From NCBI RefSeq assembly GCF_964355755.1, contig NC_092673.1:5146001-5210000 (forward strand): 64,000 nucleotides of DNA, in the 5' to 3' direction. A program made the translations under genes and the position numbers. The notes under the pieces are model-generated. The model did not search any database and was not told the origin of the DNA. It worked only from the letters and a program-made list of their open reading frames with translations. Of this stretch, positions 34,900 through 48,775 are shown in pieces. The DNA comes from Antedon mediterranea (Eukaryota; Animalia; Echinodermata). Within the stretch, counting starts at the first letter, position 1, and each line of letters begins with the position of its first letter.

Positions 34900-35015
34900 A
34901 GCCCGGATGTTGGGACGCTAGTATAAATTTCGTGTACGGTTGAGAATACATTCATTTGAATACGTTTGGTGATATCTCAGCAGCGTGCAGGCTCGTCTAC
35001 ATCCTAAAAGTAAGT
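34900..35015 (+). promoter_or_regulatory. Putative core promoter and non-coding first exon of Ly6 copy A (paralogous element at 48960-49079)
   Basis: CCGGATGT (ETS-like), TATAAAT at 34922 and a GTAAGT donor at 35010, all conserved in both duplicates. Confidence 0.55.
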
Positions 35016-37082
35016 GACCAAAACTCGCTTAATAATGAATTTGTCTACATAATGTTTTAACCTTTAATATTATTTTGTCAACTGTATGATGTTTCGATAC
35101 CAATCGCGTGAAATATTAAACCTTGTTTTCTCTGCTGATTTTTTAGACTGTATTTGGCCTGCCTAACTATATACTGTAGTGTAGGCCCTAGTGTCGCAAT
35201 TCTGATCATTGCGATTGTTATAATAATACCGTATTGGAATTGAATGCATTTTCTTAATTCCCAATACGAAATATTGTTTCTTTCTCCATCATCTGACTAT
35301 TGAAATTATTATCAGAGTTTAGATGTATTTGCGGTTAGAATGAACTAAAATCGAAGTTCATGTTGGTTTATATCGGGGCGTGGTCGTCTGCTAAAGCCTA
35401 AGTATGTAGCCTATACTTTCTTATAATGTCGTTAATACAGGCATTATGGATTCTAGTATTAGTATGCCTGTATCTTTTAAGTTATTTTTCTTCTAAAACC
35501 ATGTTTCCAAAGATGATATCAGTAGGCTACAGTATCATTTTAGATTTTATAGGCCTAAGAGTTTTGATCTCCCTCAACAATTGATGCCGTCCAATTCTCC
35601 GTCCATGTTCATACACTCCAATCCAAGACATGGAATTAAGAGAATGGAATCCAAATTGCCAAATGTCTGCTGCTATAAATGAAGGGAAACTTGTCCCCTA
35701 AAAGACTACTTAAAAAGGCTATTTAAAAAGGCTATTTCAGCTCACCAACCGGCCAAATTTGGCCGGTCCTCACGTAGCCCTTTCAAGTAGGGTTTAGACA
35801 TTACACGGAATCTATTTCTGTTTATACAACACGCCAACGTAGAACTTGTACATTTACTACTCTACTCGCAATAATATCTAGACATGTAATTGAGAGGCTG
35901 TCTCTTTTCTAACGAGACCTCTGACCTGTGATGAGCTTGGCTGTAGGTCACGTGTTACAGTTGAATTTACATTCCTATCTCGTTATATATGTAATGATAT
36001 GATATATGATATTGTATTTTCTTATTTAAATTGTTGTTTGTGTTTGTTTTTTTTAAAATACTAATAAATTATTAATATAAATAAGTAGGCCTAAAGATAC
36101 CAAATACCAAATTCATGAACCCGTGATTATCCAGAGCCTACAACATAATGTGCCTACGAGATGGGCCAAATAATGTCATAATTCTTGACTGCAAATCTAT
36201 TAAAGATGTATTGTCCCCCTGAAAACGTTTTTTAATATGCCATTTTAATGTCACATAATAGTTAGGCCTATCCACTGTCACCAAAAAATGCATCTAAACA
36301 AAATGGCTGCATTTTTTGTTGAATTTAACCATTTTATGTTATTTTATAAGTGAAAACATTACTTTATTTTCGGTTTTTTTTCTACGGATGTGATTAACCT
36401 AATTAAAACTACAAAATAACATATTCAAAGTCTGATTTAATTTAATTAATTTTTCATGTTTTTGGAGGACAATACATCTTTAATGTAAATTAAAATATTA
36501 AAAATTAAATATAATTTACCACCGTGGTTGGGACTGAATTGAGGCATGTGTATACGAGTTTGGTGTAATGGTTATGTAACAAGCCTTTCAATTAACAATA
36601 GCTTCAGTTGACTAACAATAGAACAGCAACGCGAAAATCAAACGAGTTAATTTGAAAAGAAATAGGTTTTTTAAAATACTCGCATCAAAAAACGTGCACA
36701 TTAAATCAAATTAAAATTACAGACTCCAATCCCTAAGCCTCGAATAATAATTCAAACTTATAAATCAATCAATCAATAATTGTGTTAATAATTAATGTAT
36801 TTTACTTTAAAGGAGTACGTAGCGAAAGCTGATTTCTTTTATTAGTCTTTTTTGTCACATTTATTAATGACATTTTATTGTTTATGTTATGTTATGATAG
36901 TGACAGATAAAGTATTTACAAACAGATAAGCACGATCAATTATAAAATTAGTTTATCCATCCTTTCGAGTTTCTCAATATTGAACTAAGTACAGTATTTG
37001 ATATTCTAATTTGTTTTAATCACAATAAATCAATGTATCTTTTGATTTCATTTATAGGTTTAAGATACTATTCACACTCATA

Positions 37083-38916
37083 ATGGATTCGAAGTTGTTT
37101 TTAGCTGCTGCAGTTGTTTTGTGCACATTTGGTAAGTGTGAAAATGGGTCCCATTTAGAGGCTCGTTCACATGGGCTTCTAAGTTACCGGAATATAACTG
37201 TGTTCTCACCAGAGATGCGACGTAAACTCAACGCAAGCGAATTGACCAATGAAAAGTGACAGTGTTCGTATATTATCCATCGTGTCGCGTGATTGGTCAA
37301 ATCACTTGTGTTGTTTGCGTCACTGTTGAGAACAATACGCGAAACGACGTAATTTTACTATCCGAACTGTCAATTAGTCAATTATATTACATGCGTTAGG
37401 TGTGACATGCGTCCAGCCTAGTTAAGCGTGGTTCCCACTAGCGACGCAATACAAGGACGTAACGCAACGCAAGTGAATTGACCAATCACAAGCGATGGCT
37501 TATTCGCTTGTGATTGCTAACTGTCTATAACTTCGCTTGTCAGTGGTTAAAACGCTTGCGTTGCGTTTACGTCCATGCGTGACGTTCTAGTGGGAACCAA
37601 GCTTTAGTGTGATGCGGTGTTTTAACAACATGCCCCGACCTGAACATTAGTAACAAATCTTTTTTTTATAAGAAAAATGTTCACATGATTTTTTCAACGC
37701 TTGGTCTGCTTCCCACCAGCTGCTTATTTTTTATAGGTGGTTCGTTGAAAAAATAACTTTATTATTAATTTGTCTACTCATGTACGATACTAATTGAAAT
37801 TCTGAATTCTTCTAGGTGTTAGTAACGCTTTTATGTGTTACAATTGCACTCAGTTTTTCACTCCTGATTGTGGAGATGTGTTGGTGAATCCAGAGAATAT
37901 CCCGCAGGTTTCTTGTTCTGGAATGTGTTTGGTAAGCTCCGGGCTAAATATTATCATTGGTTATGTATTGTTAATGTTAAATATAATACAGTATAACTAT
38001 TTGCACATTAAGTATATCACCTGTAGAGATACATACAAGGGGCGCAAAAGTCGTCCACTTGATAAATATCTCGTCCCTCCTCTGGCCCCCCAAAAAAATC
38101 ACCTGCCATATTTTTAGAAACCTAAACATGTGTACTTTAGAGAACCTAGTAGGACTACATCTTTCGAGACGAGTAGGAGGATACCCCGGTGTACTATAGT
38201 CCACACAAACACAAACATCGGCAAGGGTTCGAGACCGACTCGCTCCTAGTTCTGGTGGTGGAACAAGTCTTCTCGGATAAGGACTATAAACCGTAGGTCC
38301 AGTGTACACAGTTATAACCTGTGTGCACATTAAATAACCCAGTTCATTATTCGAGAAGAGTAGGGAGTTACCCCGGTGAACTGGTTCACAAAATAGCCCC
38401 TGTATCAGGGGGATTACCACCTATCTGATAGGACAGTGATTAATTAACTATTGGTAATCCTTGGCCACATTGTCTAAAGACATAAAATAAATAAATAATA
38501 GAGATCCTTCACTAAGTTGAATAAATAAATAAACGTAGGCCTATCGATTGTTAATTTTCAGGTGTATTTTGGCATTTATTATCATTTTGATTTGATAAAA
38601 TGAAACATTTAATAAAACACAAAATGCATTTATAATGTCTTTGTTATTGCAGACTAGTCAATCGACCGCGTCTGTCGGTGGTCAAGAATTTGTTCTATAC
38701 GACAGGACTTGCGTAGAAGCTGGGTGTGTCGACGGCGCGTGTGTGGACTTTCCAGATGGCAAAGCCTGTCACAAATGTTGTAATACTGATGGATGCAACG
38801 ATGCTTATGCCGAGCAGCAGGTTATGACTACACCAAACCCTAACAACGCCTGTAGCAATGCTGTTAATATTCTTACCACACTGTTTACGCTCTTCATTTT
38901 CAAAACAATGGTTTAG
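37083..38916 (+). CDS. Ly6/uPAR (three-finger, Quiver/sleepless-like) predicted GPI-anchored protein, copy A, 142 aa
   Basis: Coding exons 37083-37131, 37816-37931, 38653-38916. Signal peptide MDSKLFLAAAVVLCTFGVSNA, an FMCYNC start, 12 Cys ending in CCNTDGCN, and a hydrophobic C-terminal tail. Putative non-coding exon 1 ends at 35009 (GTAAGT donor), downstream of TATAAAT at 34922. Confidence 0.88.
37424..37603. mobile_element. Harbinger-like MITE predating the duplication (copy B at ~53274-53450; third copy from ~55547)
   Basis: TIR AGC(G/T)TGGTTCCCACTAG ... CTAGTGGGAACCAAGCT with a palindromic interior. Confidence 0.7.
38210..38497 (+). mobile_element. 5'-truncated copy of the same V-like SINE in the last intron of Ly6 copy A
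   Basis: Matches the reverse complement of 46445-46720; absent from the equivalent intron of copy B. Confidence 0.75.
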
Positions 38917-40192
38917 ATCTGTTGTTTCATTTTGTGTTTAGAAATATACAAAAACACATTTTTTATTAACCATTTGTATTTTTTCAGAATTGTTAATTTT
39001 TTTTTGATCCATTTTCATTTTAGGCTTGATACAAACTTTTGTTTATATTTTCTTTTTTTAACACATTTCTAAGCAGTCAGTCAGTTAACAAGTTGTAATA
39101 GATCAATAATTGTTTTATAATAATAATTAGTTCATGTTTTTTTAATATGAAAGAGGATATTTCTTTGAAACGGAGCGAATTAAAAAAAGTAATAAATGCA
39201 TTCGCTATGATTGTTTAAAGAAAATTTTTTTTTATTGTGACATACTTGGTGGCGTACTTAGGTCTGTGTTGCTTAAGCATGACGTCATTAGAACTAATAT
39301 TAGGCCTTTAATAATTATTTTAGTACGCGCGCCGCACGTGCGTATAGGGTAATTAGGATGGTAACAAGTTGGGCTTGAAAATGATTAGTTTAGTTAGTAA
39401 TATCGGTGCTGAATGTATCTAAATGTTTGATAATACAGTACCACTTTCGGTTAAAAAGTTAATAAGTTAACCAATGATAAATACTACTATTCCTTCATTG
39501 GAGATATTTAGAATAGAAAAGAGAAACTTTAAAAATCGCCGAAAAAAAAATACGGAAATGGATTAAAGTCAGTCGACGAGAACATACCGTACTGCAGATC
39601 ATGTAGTTTAATTAAACAGTGTTATTTTGGAAAAAAACATGATCTCCGTATAATGTAACTCTCTATATCATCAAACTAATTTTTTTCATTTTCTCAATCG
39701 TTATAAATGTTTTTATAAAAAAAAATTTTGTCGTAGTGTCTTTCTTTCTATCTACCCTTAATACAATTTCCAAAAGAAAAAAAAACATTGAATTTCAGAA
39801 AATGAATAGTTTACATTTATACACTGGGTTAAGACGAGGAGAAACTACCAAATTTATTTTTAAAAATTGGGATTCATTATAGGCCAAATAAACTTTGGTT
39901 TTAAACTTTGCACTCATCAAAGAAGGGAGAAAAACGAAGAACTAATCATGGAACTGATAAACTACTCTCGTCCAGTGCCCACCTTGACCAGAGGAAAGGC
40001 ATGGGCCAATACGTCTGAGGCATGGCAGATAAGATGCAGGGGCTGCTATACGAGTCAGCAGTGCTGATTTCAAATGGCTAACGGGACCCTAGCACCCGAT
40101 ATTCCATCTCCCATCCAATCTCTAACCAGTGATCTAATTTCGGTGCGAACCGGTGTTAGTAGTAAAGCCGTATGAAAGAATGAAATTTATGA

Positions 40193-41827
40193 TAATACTG
40201 TAATAATAATGACAATGACAAAAACTCAAAATAAAAAGATGTCAGTATAAAAAATTCTATAACACAACAATACAAAACATTACATGCTATCTGCGAGTTT
40301 TATAAGATTGTTTCGTATTTTCCATCATCTTGTTAGGTATACGTTACAAAATTTGGCAAGACACAATAGAACATTATTACTGAGGAGAAGACTTAGAAGT
40401 GTATCCGTTCCCATAACATAAAACATTTTTCGTCATTGATGCTGGTGCAGAATATTTCCTAAACATTTAACTCGTTATGATAAGTATTAAATCTTGTTTA
40501 AGTATATTTAGCTGTTCTTCTCTTACACATTGTAATGCCTCACAACTAAATAAAAAGTGAGATATGTCCTCTATATTTCCAGAGTTACATAATGAACAGA
40601 GATCATCATTCTCCACGGTCCATTTACTTAATTTAAAATTTAAAGACCCGGCTTTGATTTTAACTTTGCATAAAAAGATAGCGACGATTTAGATTAATTA
40701 TTTACATTATCTAAAATATTTTGTTTCAGTAAATTAAACCAATTTTCCATAGTGCGATTTTTAATAAAATTGTTTAAAATATGCATGCATTCAAATCTAC
40801 AGAAAGTGGTTCGTATACGGAATTTAAACCGTAATTCATTTGTGTGGTTAATTAATTTGTGTAATTAAGCATAGTCTTGTACAATACTAGGTTGGGCCAT
40901 CCTTTCTCATTTAACCCGACTACACGTTCAAAGAATGTTAGTTGTAATATGTTATGAGATACGGTTAAGCATCCATCCTAAATCTCCATTATAAAGCCAC
41001 TTTGGGTGAATACGCGGGTGCTTTTAAAATATATCGTGCCATCTGCATTTGAAGCCGTTCTAGTCTCTCAATATCTGAATTGGACCCTCCAGTCCAAATA
41101 GAGCAAGCATAGTTAATAGAAGGTAAAACTATTGTTTTCCATAAGATATTTCCGTAATATACTCTGTCAAAGTCATCAAAATTATCAATTATAGATTTAG
41201 CATATGAAACTAATATATTACCTTTTTAAGAACATTGTTAATATGCGAATGTTCACGTACATACATTTCTTGATATTAGCACTCCTAGATATTGGTAGGT
41301 GTTTGTTTCTGTGATGTGATGTTTGCCTAGATCCCTATTTATCGTTTTTCCAAAAAAAATCAGAACTTTTGATTTTTCATAATTAAAGTTAATTTTCCTG
41401 CTAATTTAAGCATCTATTTAATAAGGTCATGTTCATTATTAGCAATTAGCACGACATCATCAGCCCAGAAAAGACTATCCATCCATTTATCTTGGATCTT
41501 AACACCAACATTATTTGACTCTAACAACTTCTTAAATTCATTAATAAAAATAGAAAAGAGTACAGGAGATAGAGTAGGCCTACATCCCTGTTTAACTCCC
41601 TGATCGATTACAAATGAGTCAAAAGAAATGTTTCCAAATTTTACATATCCTTCAACATTTTTATATAATTTGTCTATAATCATATATTACCCCTAATACC
41701 ACAGTTCCATATAGCTTTTAGTAGCCCTTCTCGCCATACACTGTCGAATGCCTTTCGGAAGTCCAAGAAGGCCATTAGGTGTTTTTCCCTTCTGCAAATC
41801 TGCAGGCAGCAATACTTTTTATGTAAA
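40193..41827 (-). mobile_element. 5'-truncated, degenerate non-LTR retrotransposon (CR1/L2/RTE-like RT)
   Basis: Minus-strand RT motifs FLDFRKAFDSVWREGL, GVKQGC(RP)TLSPVLFSIFINE and LFWADDVVL, with stops and frameshifts. (ATT)n-like tail near 40193-40220. Confidence 0.85.
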
Positions 41828-42709
41828 AATGAACATAGCGCCATCTACCATTGACCAAAGAATGTATATCAAAAGACTTAGACTTTCCCCAAGTCTGTAT
41901 TCATTGTCTTTTTTTAAATTTATTCGTTTTTATTTCGATTTTTGTCTGAAAAATCCAAACTCAAGTAATACACGTATGAAACTCCATATGTGCAAAAATA
42001 TTTATATTTTTACTAATATTAAGACAAAACTCCGTCTGGAACCCAGACTACAGAAGACTGAGCAATCCGCGATTTGAAACATTGGATGCTTTCGATATAC
42101 TACAGTAGTAAATAACACGTTGGTGAATAACTAGATGCTTATTTACACCTTCACTGCTATGATTAAAGTTAGAATGTCATAAAGGGTAAATCGGTATTCT
42201 TTAAAGAATTATGAAACAATGAAATTGTCGAGTTGCTAGACGTTAGAGAAGTAAATGTTGTTTGTGTTTACATTGTGTGTCATAGTAGAGTTTGTAATTA
42301 CGTTTTTTTAAATTATTTTATATATTAAATATATTTTAAATGTATTATATGTTGTCGATAGTATTGTGTAAGTACAATGTTTTTTTAATCACACAAGCCC
42401 ATAATAGCTCTAAATATCATACGCAATCATAATGAATAGTTAGATTAGGTGGGCCCATTGGCTTATAATTGGTTGACTATAGGCCTATTTATGCTATACC
42501 ATAAGTTTCGTTTCCATTTAAATGATATTCTTAATATGTTTTGTATGTTGATGCACGTAATTTAAGATTCTGGCGTATTTTGATTTCAGAGAGAGTTGTT
42601 TTGCGAGGTGAGTTATAGAAATATGTAGGCCTATAGAGATAGTGAATATAATATACATAATATCTCTAATGGTAGGCCTAGACATTGATTATACTTTTGG
42701 TTATAATTA

Positions 42710-44917
42710 CTAGAGGGTGAGCTCGCTTTGCTCGCCCCTCCCCCTCCCCCCCCCCCCCCCCCCCTAGGAAGTGTAGACGATGGTTCTCGGAATGATAACG
42801 ACTCGGGCAAAAAGGTTTTAGAAGGAGATTCTGGCTTGGACGTTTTGGGGTATTGAAATGCTTGATATTCGTAAAACTAAACCTACTCACTAACCTGTTT
42901 CACAGTGTCTTAGATGATTATTAGCATTTTAACGTATAGTGTTTATTGTGTAGGGACTTTATAGGGTGGAGGTGGGGTGGAGTTAATTTGAGGGAGGTGC
43001 TTATTTGAGGGATACGTTAAATCTTTAAGTTTGAATAATATGGTACATTTACAAAGAAAATCCTCTAGTAGATAAGAAAAGTGATAAAAATAAATACCAA
43101 ATGCTTGGTAAATTGAAGAAAACAGTCCGATGAAATCTAATAAAAATAGTATAATTGTGTTATAAACTTATAAATATAATACAATATTGTGTGTATAAAT
43201 GTAGATGGGCGTTTATTAGAGGGTAGTTTTGGTGGGGAGGTAATTATTAATTGATGTTTTATTTGGGAGGTGTTCCGGGCGTTTATTTATTTTTTTTTTT
43301 ATTTTTTTTTTTATTCCACATTTATTTAGTCATCAATTACAGTACATCATAATTACAGTACAACTGAGAACAGGGATCCTGCATAAAAAAGCTATAGCTT
43401 CGTTTTTTTGTAGGACCCTTTTACATTTTGAAATAAACCATCCTAATTGGTATAATTAATACATTATTCTGCGATACAGTGAGCCGTTTTGGCCTAAGAA
43501 GGAAGACGTTTTAGACGGCTTGCAACATGGGCAGAAGTATCCCAGGGTCCTAACGGGACACAGATAGTGCACAGTATACATAAAGTCCTGGCAGCTTACT
43601 AAAAAACTCGGCTATTGGGGTTTCATTCGATTTCAAACAATTAAAGCTCTTATCATCAGTTCTCTCGGTGTAATTGTATATAGGCCTACTTATTCCCCAC
43701 AATATACTCCTATGGTTTATGAATATATTTAATTTGATCTTTATGTACTACTATACCTTCACACGCGCGGTCCGAAAATAAACATCGCCACCAATACAAC
43801 GGCCAACTTAGTTGAAACATGGATTAAAGAATAGAAGGATATGCATCGACGTGAGATCAAGGGTTCCTTGACTCTCGCCGACAGACCGCGGACCCCCCAC
43901 AATGTTACAGTTTAATTAACCGCATGGTAACAACGAAACGGTCACGTGCCTAATATATTGTTTACTGCACATGTGCAACGACATTTAACCTTGTTGACTA
44001 CGCTTCTTTCGCGCGTTCTTTGTTGCACTGTATGTATTCATACGATTGTTGTATGGGTGAACACCGGCCGCGCTAACAACATACATGGTCAAGTGCATAA
44101 TTTAATATTCTATAGATTAACGCAATTTTTAATGACAGAAGATGGCAGGCAAATAATGATAATTCAAATATAAAAATTGCATATTTTATTAATATTACCA
44201 ACTACTTAAAATTACCAGTCGTAAGAAAGTGAACTTTTCGTAGTCCGATTGTGATGAAACTAAAACAGAATTATTCAGCAATATATTTTTGTTGTCAATT
44301 AATCATCGACGCAGACATGTCAATAGAACATTCAGACTGCGCCGATTTCTACATGGTTACGTTTTGGTCTCATAAAAATGTAACAGTTGATTCGCAGCGT
44401 TTTAGAGAGGGCCGCGGTTAGAGACACGGAGTTCAATGAGCGTGTTTGTTTGATTGGCAGCAGTGCTTTAGTATAGGCAAGCGCGTTGTAAAATCGTTTG
44501 ATGTCACCGTCGATGCATATCCTTCTATTCTTTAATCCATGGTATAGGTAAGCGCGTTGTAAAATCGTTTGATGTCACCGTCGATGCATATCCTTCTATT
44601 CTTTAATCCATGGTTGAAACCAACCATGCAGGAAGTTGCAAGGTGATTGACACACGTGAACCCGGAAATTACTTCTACCGCGCGTAGAGTTAAAAATCTA
44701 CCGATGAAATCATAAATTTTGTTATAAAACTCTTTATATCTTCCTAAATATAGAAATATGGAACAATATCGTAATAGTGAAAACTAATGTTATCAAATCT
44801 ACGTTTCGCGGTACATCTGAGATAGATAAGGTAGGCCTAGGTATCCAAGGCGGAGATTTGTACCGAAGTTTTTCCATTGTGCTCGCCTATGTCAGAATTA
44901 ACCATAATTTATATAGA
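42710..44917 (-). mobile_element. Non-autonomous Helitron
   Basis: Minus strand begins TCTATAT and ends GCGAGCAAAGCGAGC...CTAG. Inserted between A and T without a TSD. Unit A has the empty site TTATAATTA|TTGATTGC at ~32788-32804. Confidence 0.75.
43818..44612. mobile_element. P-superfamily-like non-autonomous element nested in the Helitron
   Basis: TIR CATGGATTAAAGAATAGAAGGATATGCATCGACG. 7-bp TSD GTTGAAA (43811-43817, 44613-44619). Right end tandemly duplicated (71 bp). Confidence 0.75.
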
Positions 44918-45076
44918 TTGATTGCTTTTATTCTTTGAATACAAGGGCCTAATAATTATCGGTAAAAACATTCCCCACGATATTCGGCTGCTGAAAACGA
45001 CACATTTGTGCTTTTTATAAACGTCCCCCTTTTTCCACTAAAATATCCAGTGATTGTTAATAAACAAGCAAACATA

Positions 45077-46144
45077 GACCCCATTTGCACTTCAGTTTTT
45101 AGCGAGCCCGAGGCCGGCTCCGAGCCAAAAGTGCACAAGTGTAAACACTCTGGGAACAACCGAGCCGGCTTTGAGCCGGCTCAATTTTGAACCTAGTCTT
45201 GAGTAGGCTTTGGGCTTCGGGCCGGCAATTGCGGGCTTCGGGCCGGCACTTCGTATAGTGTAAACACTCGCGGTCATAAAATGAACGTTCTGGGTCAACT
45301 ATAGCTTTAAGTTTACGAAACTTATTGCTGATGAATCGGAAATTCTTCATTGAAATTAAATTGGTGAAGATGTATACGCCTTTTTCAAGAAACGAAGACA
45401 TCTTCGATCTATGACAAACAATGCCGTGCAACGAAGCGTAACCAACAGAAATAACATAGCGTTGTTTTCAGGGGATTTCAGGACACCATGCGGCGCCTAT
45501 GCTTATAAACTGTGGTGTTTTTTTCGATGGACTTAAGAAGTGAAAAAAAAAATTATAATTTTTTTTAATCACACAGTTATATAGGCTAATCTTTAAAGAA
45601 CATTTTACAGTAAAAAATTTTGTCCATACGACTGTCTGTTGAGGAGTTACGAATTTTTAAGTAACTTGTCCTCCGAAAATAGGCTGAAAACGCTATGTTA
45701 TTTCTGTTGGTTAGGCTTTGTTGAACGGCATTGTTTGTGTTTTCATCGATCGAAGATGTCTTCCGTTTCGTGAAAAAGGCGTATTATCTCTACTATTCTT
45801 TAGAAAACGAGACGCAAACATTAGTAGTAAAGCAATAATACAATTGTTTTGATCCATATTAAATACCGTTATTTGATTCTTTTTTGATAAAGTTGATAGG
45901 CCTAGTGCAGATCGACAACGCTTAATAATATTAACTTTTTAAGACGCACATGAGCGGATATGACGTAAATGTAGCGAAATCGTATCATCGAGCACTCTTC
46001 CGCAAGAGCAAGTGTAAACACAATAGTAGGGGCCCGAGGCCGGCTTTTTGGGTAAGTGTAAACACATTGCGGGCTAAAAAGAAAGCCGGCGTCGGGCCGA
46101 CTTCGGGCCGGCTAAGAAATCGTCGATGAAGTGTAAATGGGGTC
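45077..46144. mobile_element. TIR element (Harbinger-like, 3-bp flanks) with an internal inverted repeat
   Basis: TIR GACCCCATTT(G/A)CACTTC flanked by ATA on both sides. Internal IR 45373-45465 / 45689-45784. Absent from unit A. Confidence 0.65.
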
Positions 46145-46424
46145 ATAATTGTTATGGCCTATTTTCAGTTACTTTGATATTCATATGGATTGTATATTTA
46201 TTCTTTTAAGGATTTCCGATTAGGTGTAGGCCTATTCATTTCATCCATCGTCTACAATACTTGTATTGTTCAAAAGATATATTGTGTCCGATTACATATT
46301 TTAGCAACCGCTTCCGGGTGATTCTATCTGTTCGATACCGGATTTTGGCAGCCGTACCCATTCCATAAAATAATGTACAATCATGCCATTGTTCAAATTT
46401 AAAATAATTTTTGCTTGTTAATTC

Positions 46425-46755
46425 TTTTATTTATTTTTTATTTTATTTTATGTCTTTAGGCACTGTGGCCAAGGATTACCAATAGTGAATTAATCACTGT
46501 CCTATCAGATAGGTGGTAATCCCCCTGATATAGAGGCTATTGTGTGAACCAGTTCACCGGGGTAACCCCCTACTCTTTTTCGAATAATGAACTGGGTTCT
46601 TTAAAGTACACACAGGTTATAACTGTGTACACTGGACCTACGGTTTATAGTCCTTATCCGAGAAGACTTGTTCCACCACCAGAACTAGGAGCGAGTCGGC
46701 CTCGAACCCTTGCCGATGTTGTTGTTGGCTCTTTAACCGCTCGGCCATATGACTC
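46425..46755 (-). mobile_element. Full-length tRNA-headed SINE with V-SINE-like core
   Basis: Minus strand A box TGGCCGAGCGG and B box GGTTCGAGGCC, core GGATAAGGACTATAAACCGTAGGTCC...AAGAGTAGGGGGTTACCCCGGTG, and an A-rich tail. Near-identical to 38210-38497. Confidence 0.75.
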
Positions 46756-48492
46756 GCTTTAGTGAAGTATATAAACCATCATTCTTATTATGGAGGAATT
46801 ACTTTATTTAAATGAATATAGGTATACAGTATAACTGCCTTGGGACACCTCTATTCCCGGGAATGGGGAAATATTCTTAACACTCGGCAAACCACTATTC
46901 AGAGTACAGTCCAAAGAGAACTCTATTATTAGGTTCCGAATGATGGGTTTTCTTTTTTTTTTCTTTTTTTTTTTTTTATTTCATCATATAGGCCTAATAC
47001 ATTACAAAGGAAAAACATAATCAAATAAAAAAATTAAATAAAATTTCTTGTAGCCTATACAGCACACAATATTTAAAAGACAAAGAATAAAATGTTAAAA
47101 GGGCAATAAAATGATACATAATAGACTTAACAATCAGTCTCCTCGTTAAACTACTGTATATTATAGTGTATTATTGCAATAAGTTAAGTCGTATACTACT
47201 AATTCATGTATTTCAGCTCCTGTTCAGGGGACACCTCTAGTAAGAGGAACCGTTTAACGCGTCAGCTGCAACTGGGTTCAGGGGGTATAAACGGGGTATA
47301 AACTTTAATTCACATGTTTATTACTCTTTCGTAGGCCGTAGTAGTAATTGTTGACTACGTACCATCAGATTTTAATGGAAATAAGGTTGTTAGGCCTAGG
47401 CCTAATAGTAGATGGAGAAAGCAAATTGAAGCTTACAAGCAAACGATGTATGCCTACTAAAAGAAAACGATACCGCGATGTTTCTTATTCGATCATTAAT
47501 ATTTTGCAGGGCTGCTGAATTCTGTACTTTAATGTAATTTTTTAATTTGTAATTTAAGCAATGATTTGATGCTGCAAGAGTACAATAACGATGCCGATAC
47601 CTAATAAATATCGGGAGGATAGAATCATTTGTACTCTCCTTTTGTGTGGAACCACGCCCATAATTCATATACCATTAATTTTTAGTTTTTAATAACTCGC
47701 AAACGCAGCATGCACGTATACACTGTAAAATAGTGTTTAAATCTTAAACATGTATTTTGTACTCAATTTTTCCACACGTTTAGCGTTTAGATATGAAAAT
47801 GTTTAGGTTCTATAAATACATTCTAAACATGTAGTCTGTATCCAACTCAACACATCAGTGACGTATTGATTGTTAAACATGTGGAGCAATAAAGACACGT
47901 TTAGGTTTTAAACGTCTTTAATTTTCCATGTGTGGAGCTCATTGTGTGGAGCTTTTTCCCTCCATAGTAAAATCATATGCACGCAACGCTAACCACGTAT
48001 TTAAACATCTAAACATGTTGACTGAACATAATAGTGACATTTTGACTGCTAAACGAGTGGAGGAAAACAACATGTAGTTATAAACACGTTTAGATTAGAC
48101 TAAACATGTAACTACGTGTTTAAAAGCTAAACGTGTGGAAAATGTGGGTACAAAACAGTGTACGTTAATATAATGTGCGCAAAAAGTTGAAAATAAATAT
48201 TTAACTTTAGGCTTCAGTGAGTGTGTGTGTTTTTTTTAAATGTTCAATTAGGGTCATCTTTCTGCTGCGAAAAAAAAAAACCAATTCCTGCTAAGTGGTT
48301 GTTATTGTGTAGTGGTTGCTGTCCTACCTCACAGTTTTGCTGAGACTAGATTTTCCTATCATTATGATCATTTTTTAAATTATCAAATTACAGTATACCA
48401 AAAATATGTTGGTGTCAGGACAGTCCAAAGGGGAATATACTGAGTTCCGAAGGTGTCTCCTTTACAGTATACCAAAAACATGTTGTGTCAGC

Positions 48493-48775
48493 TATGGCGC
48501 GCCAAGCTGTCATTTATTCAAGCAATAGAGATATCTTAGCTTTTAATAGAGATATTTTAGTTTAAAACTAAGATATCTCTATTAAAAACTAAGATATCTC
48601 TATTAAAAACTAAGATATCTCTATTTAAAACTAAGATATCTTAGTTTTTAATAGAGATATCTCTATTAATAGAGATATCTTTATTAATAGAGATATCTCT
48701 ATTAAAAACTAAGATATCTTAGTTTTAAACTAAGATATCTTTATTTCCGAATAAATGACAGCTTGGCGAGCCATA
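48493..48775. mobile_element. Short copy of the same IS3EU-like family, opposite orientation
   Basis: Same TIRs (one mismatch). 6-bp TSD GTCAGC (48487-48492, 48776-48781). Empty site GTGTTGTGTCAGCGCC in unit A at ~34531-34546. Confidence 0.85.

Larger units (their letters stand above)
30000..41853 (+). repeat. Segmental tandem duplication, unit A (contains Ly6 copy A)
   Basis: Collinear similarity to 42390-56016 across upstream DNA, promoter, introns, exons and 3' flank, interrupted by copy-specific TE insertions. Left boundary is approximate. Confidence 0.85.

Noticed and set aside
37977-38420. 147-aa minus-strand ORF sharing peptide with the ORF at 46544-46762
   Set aside because: Both are antisense readings of the same SINE family.
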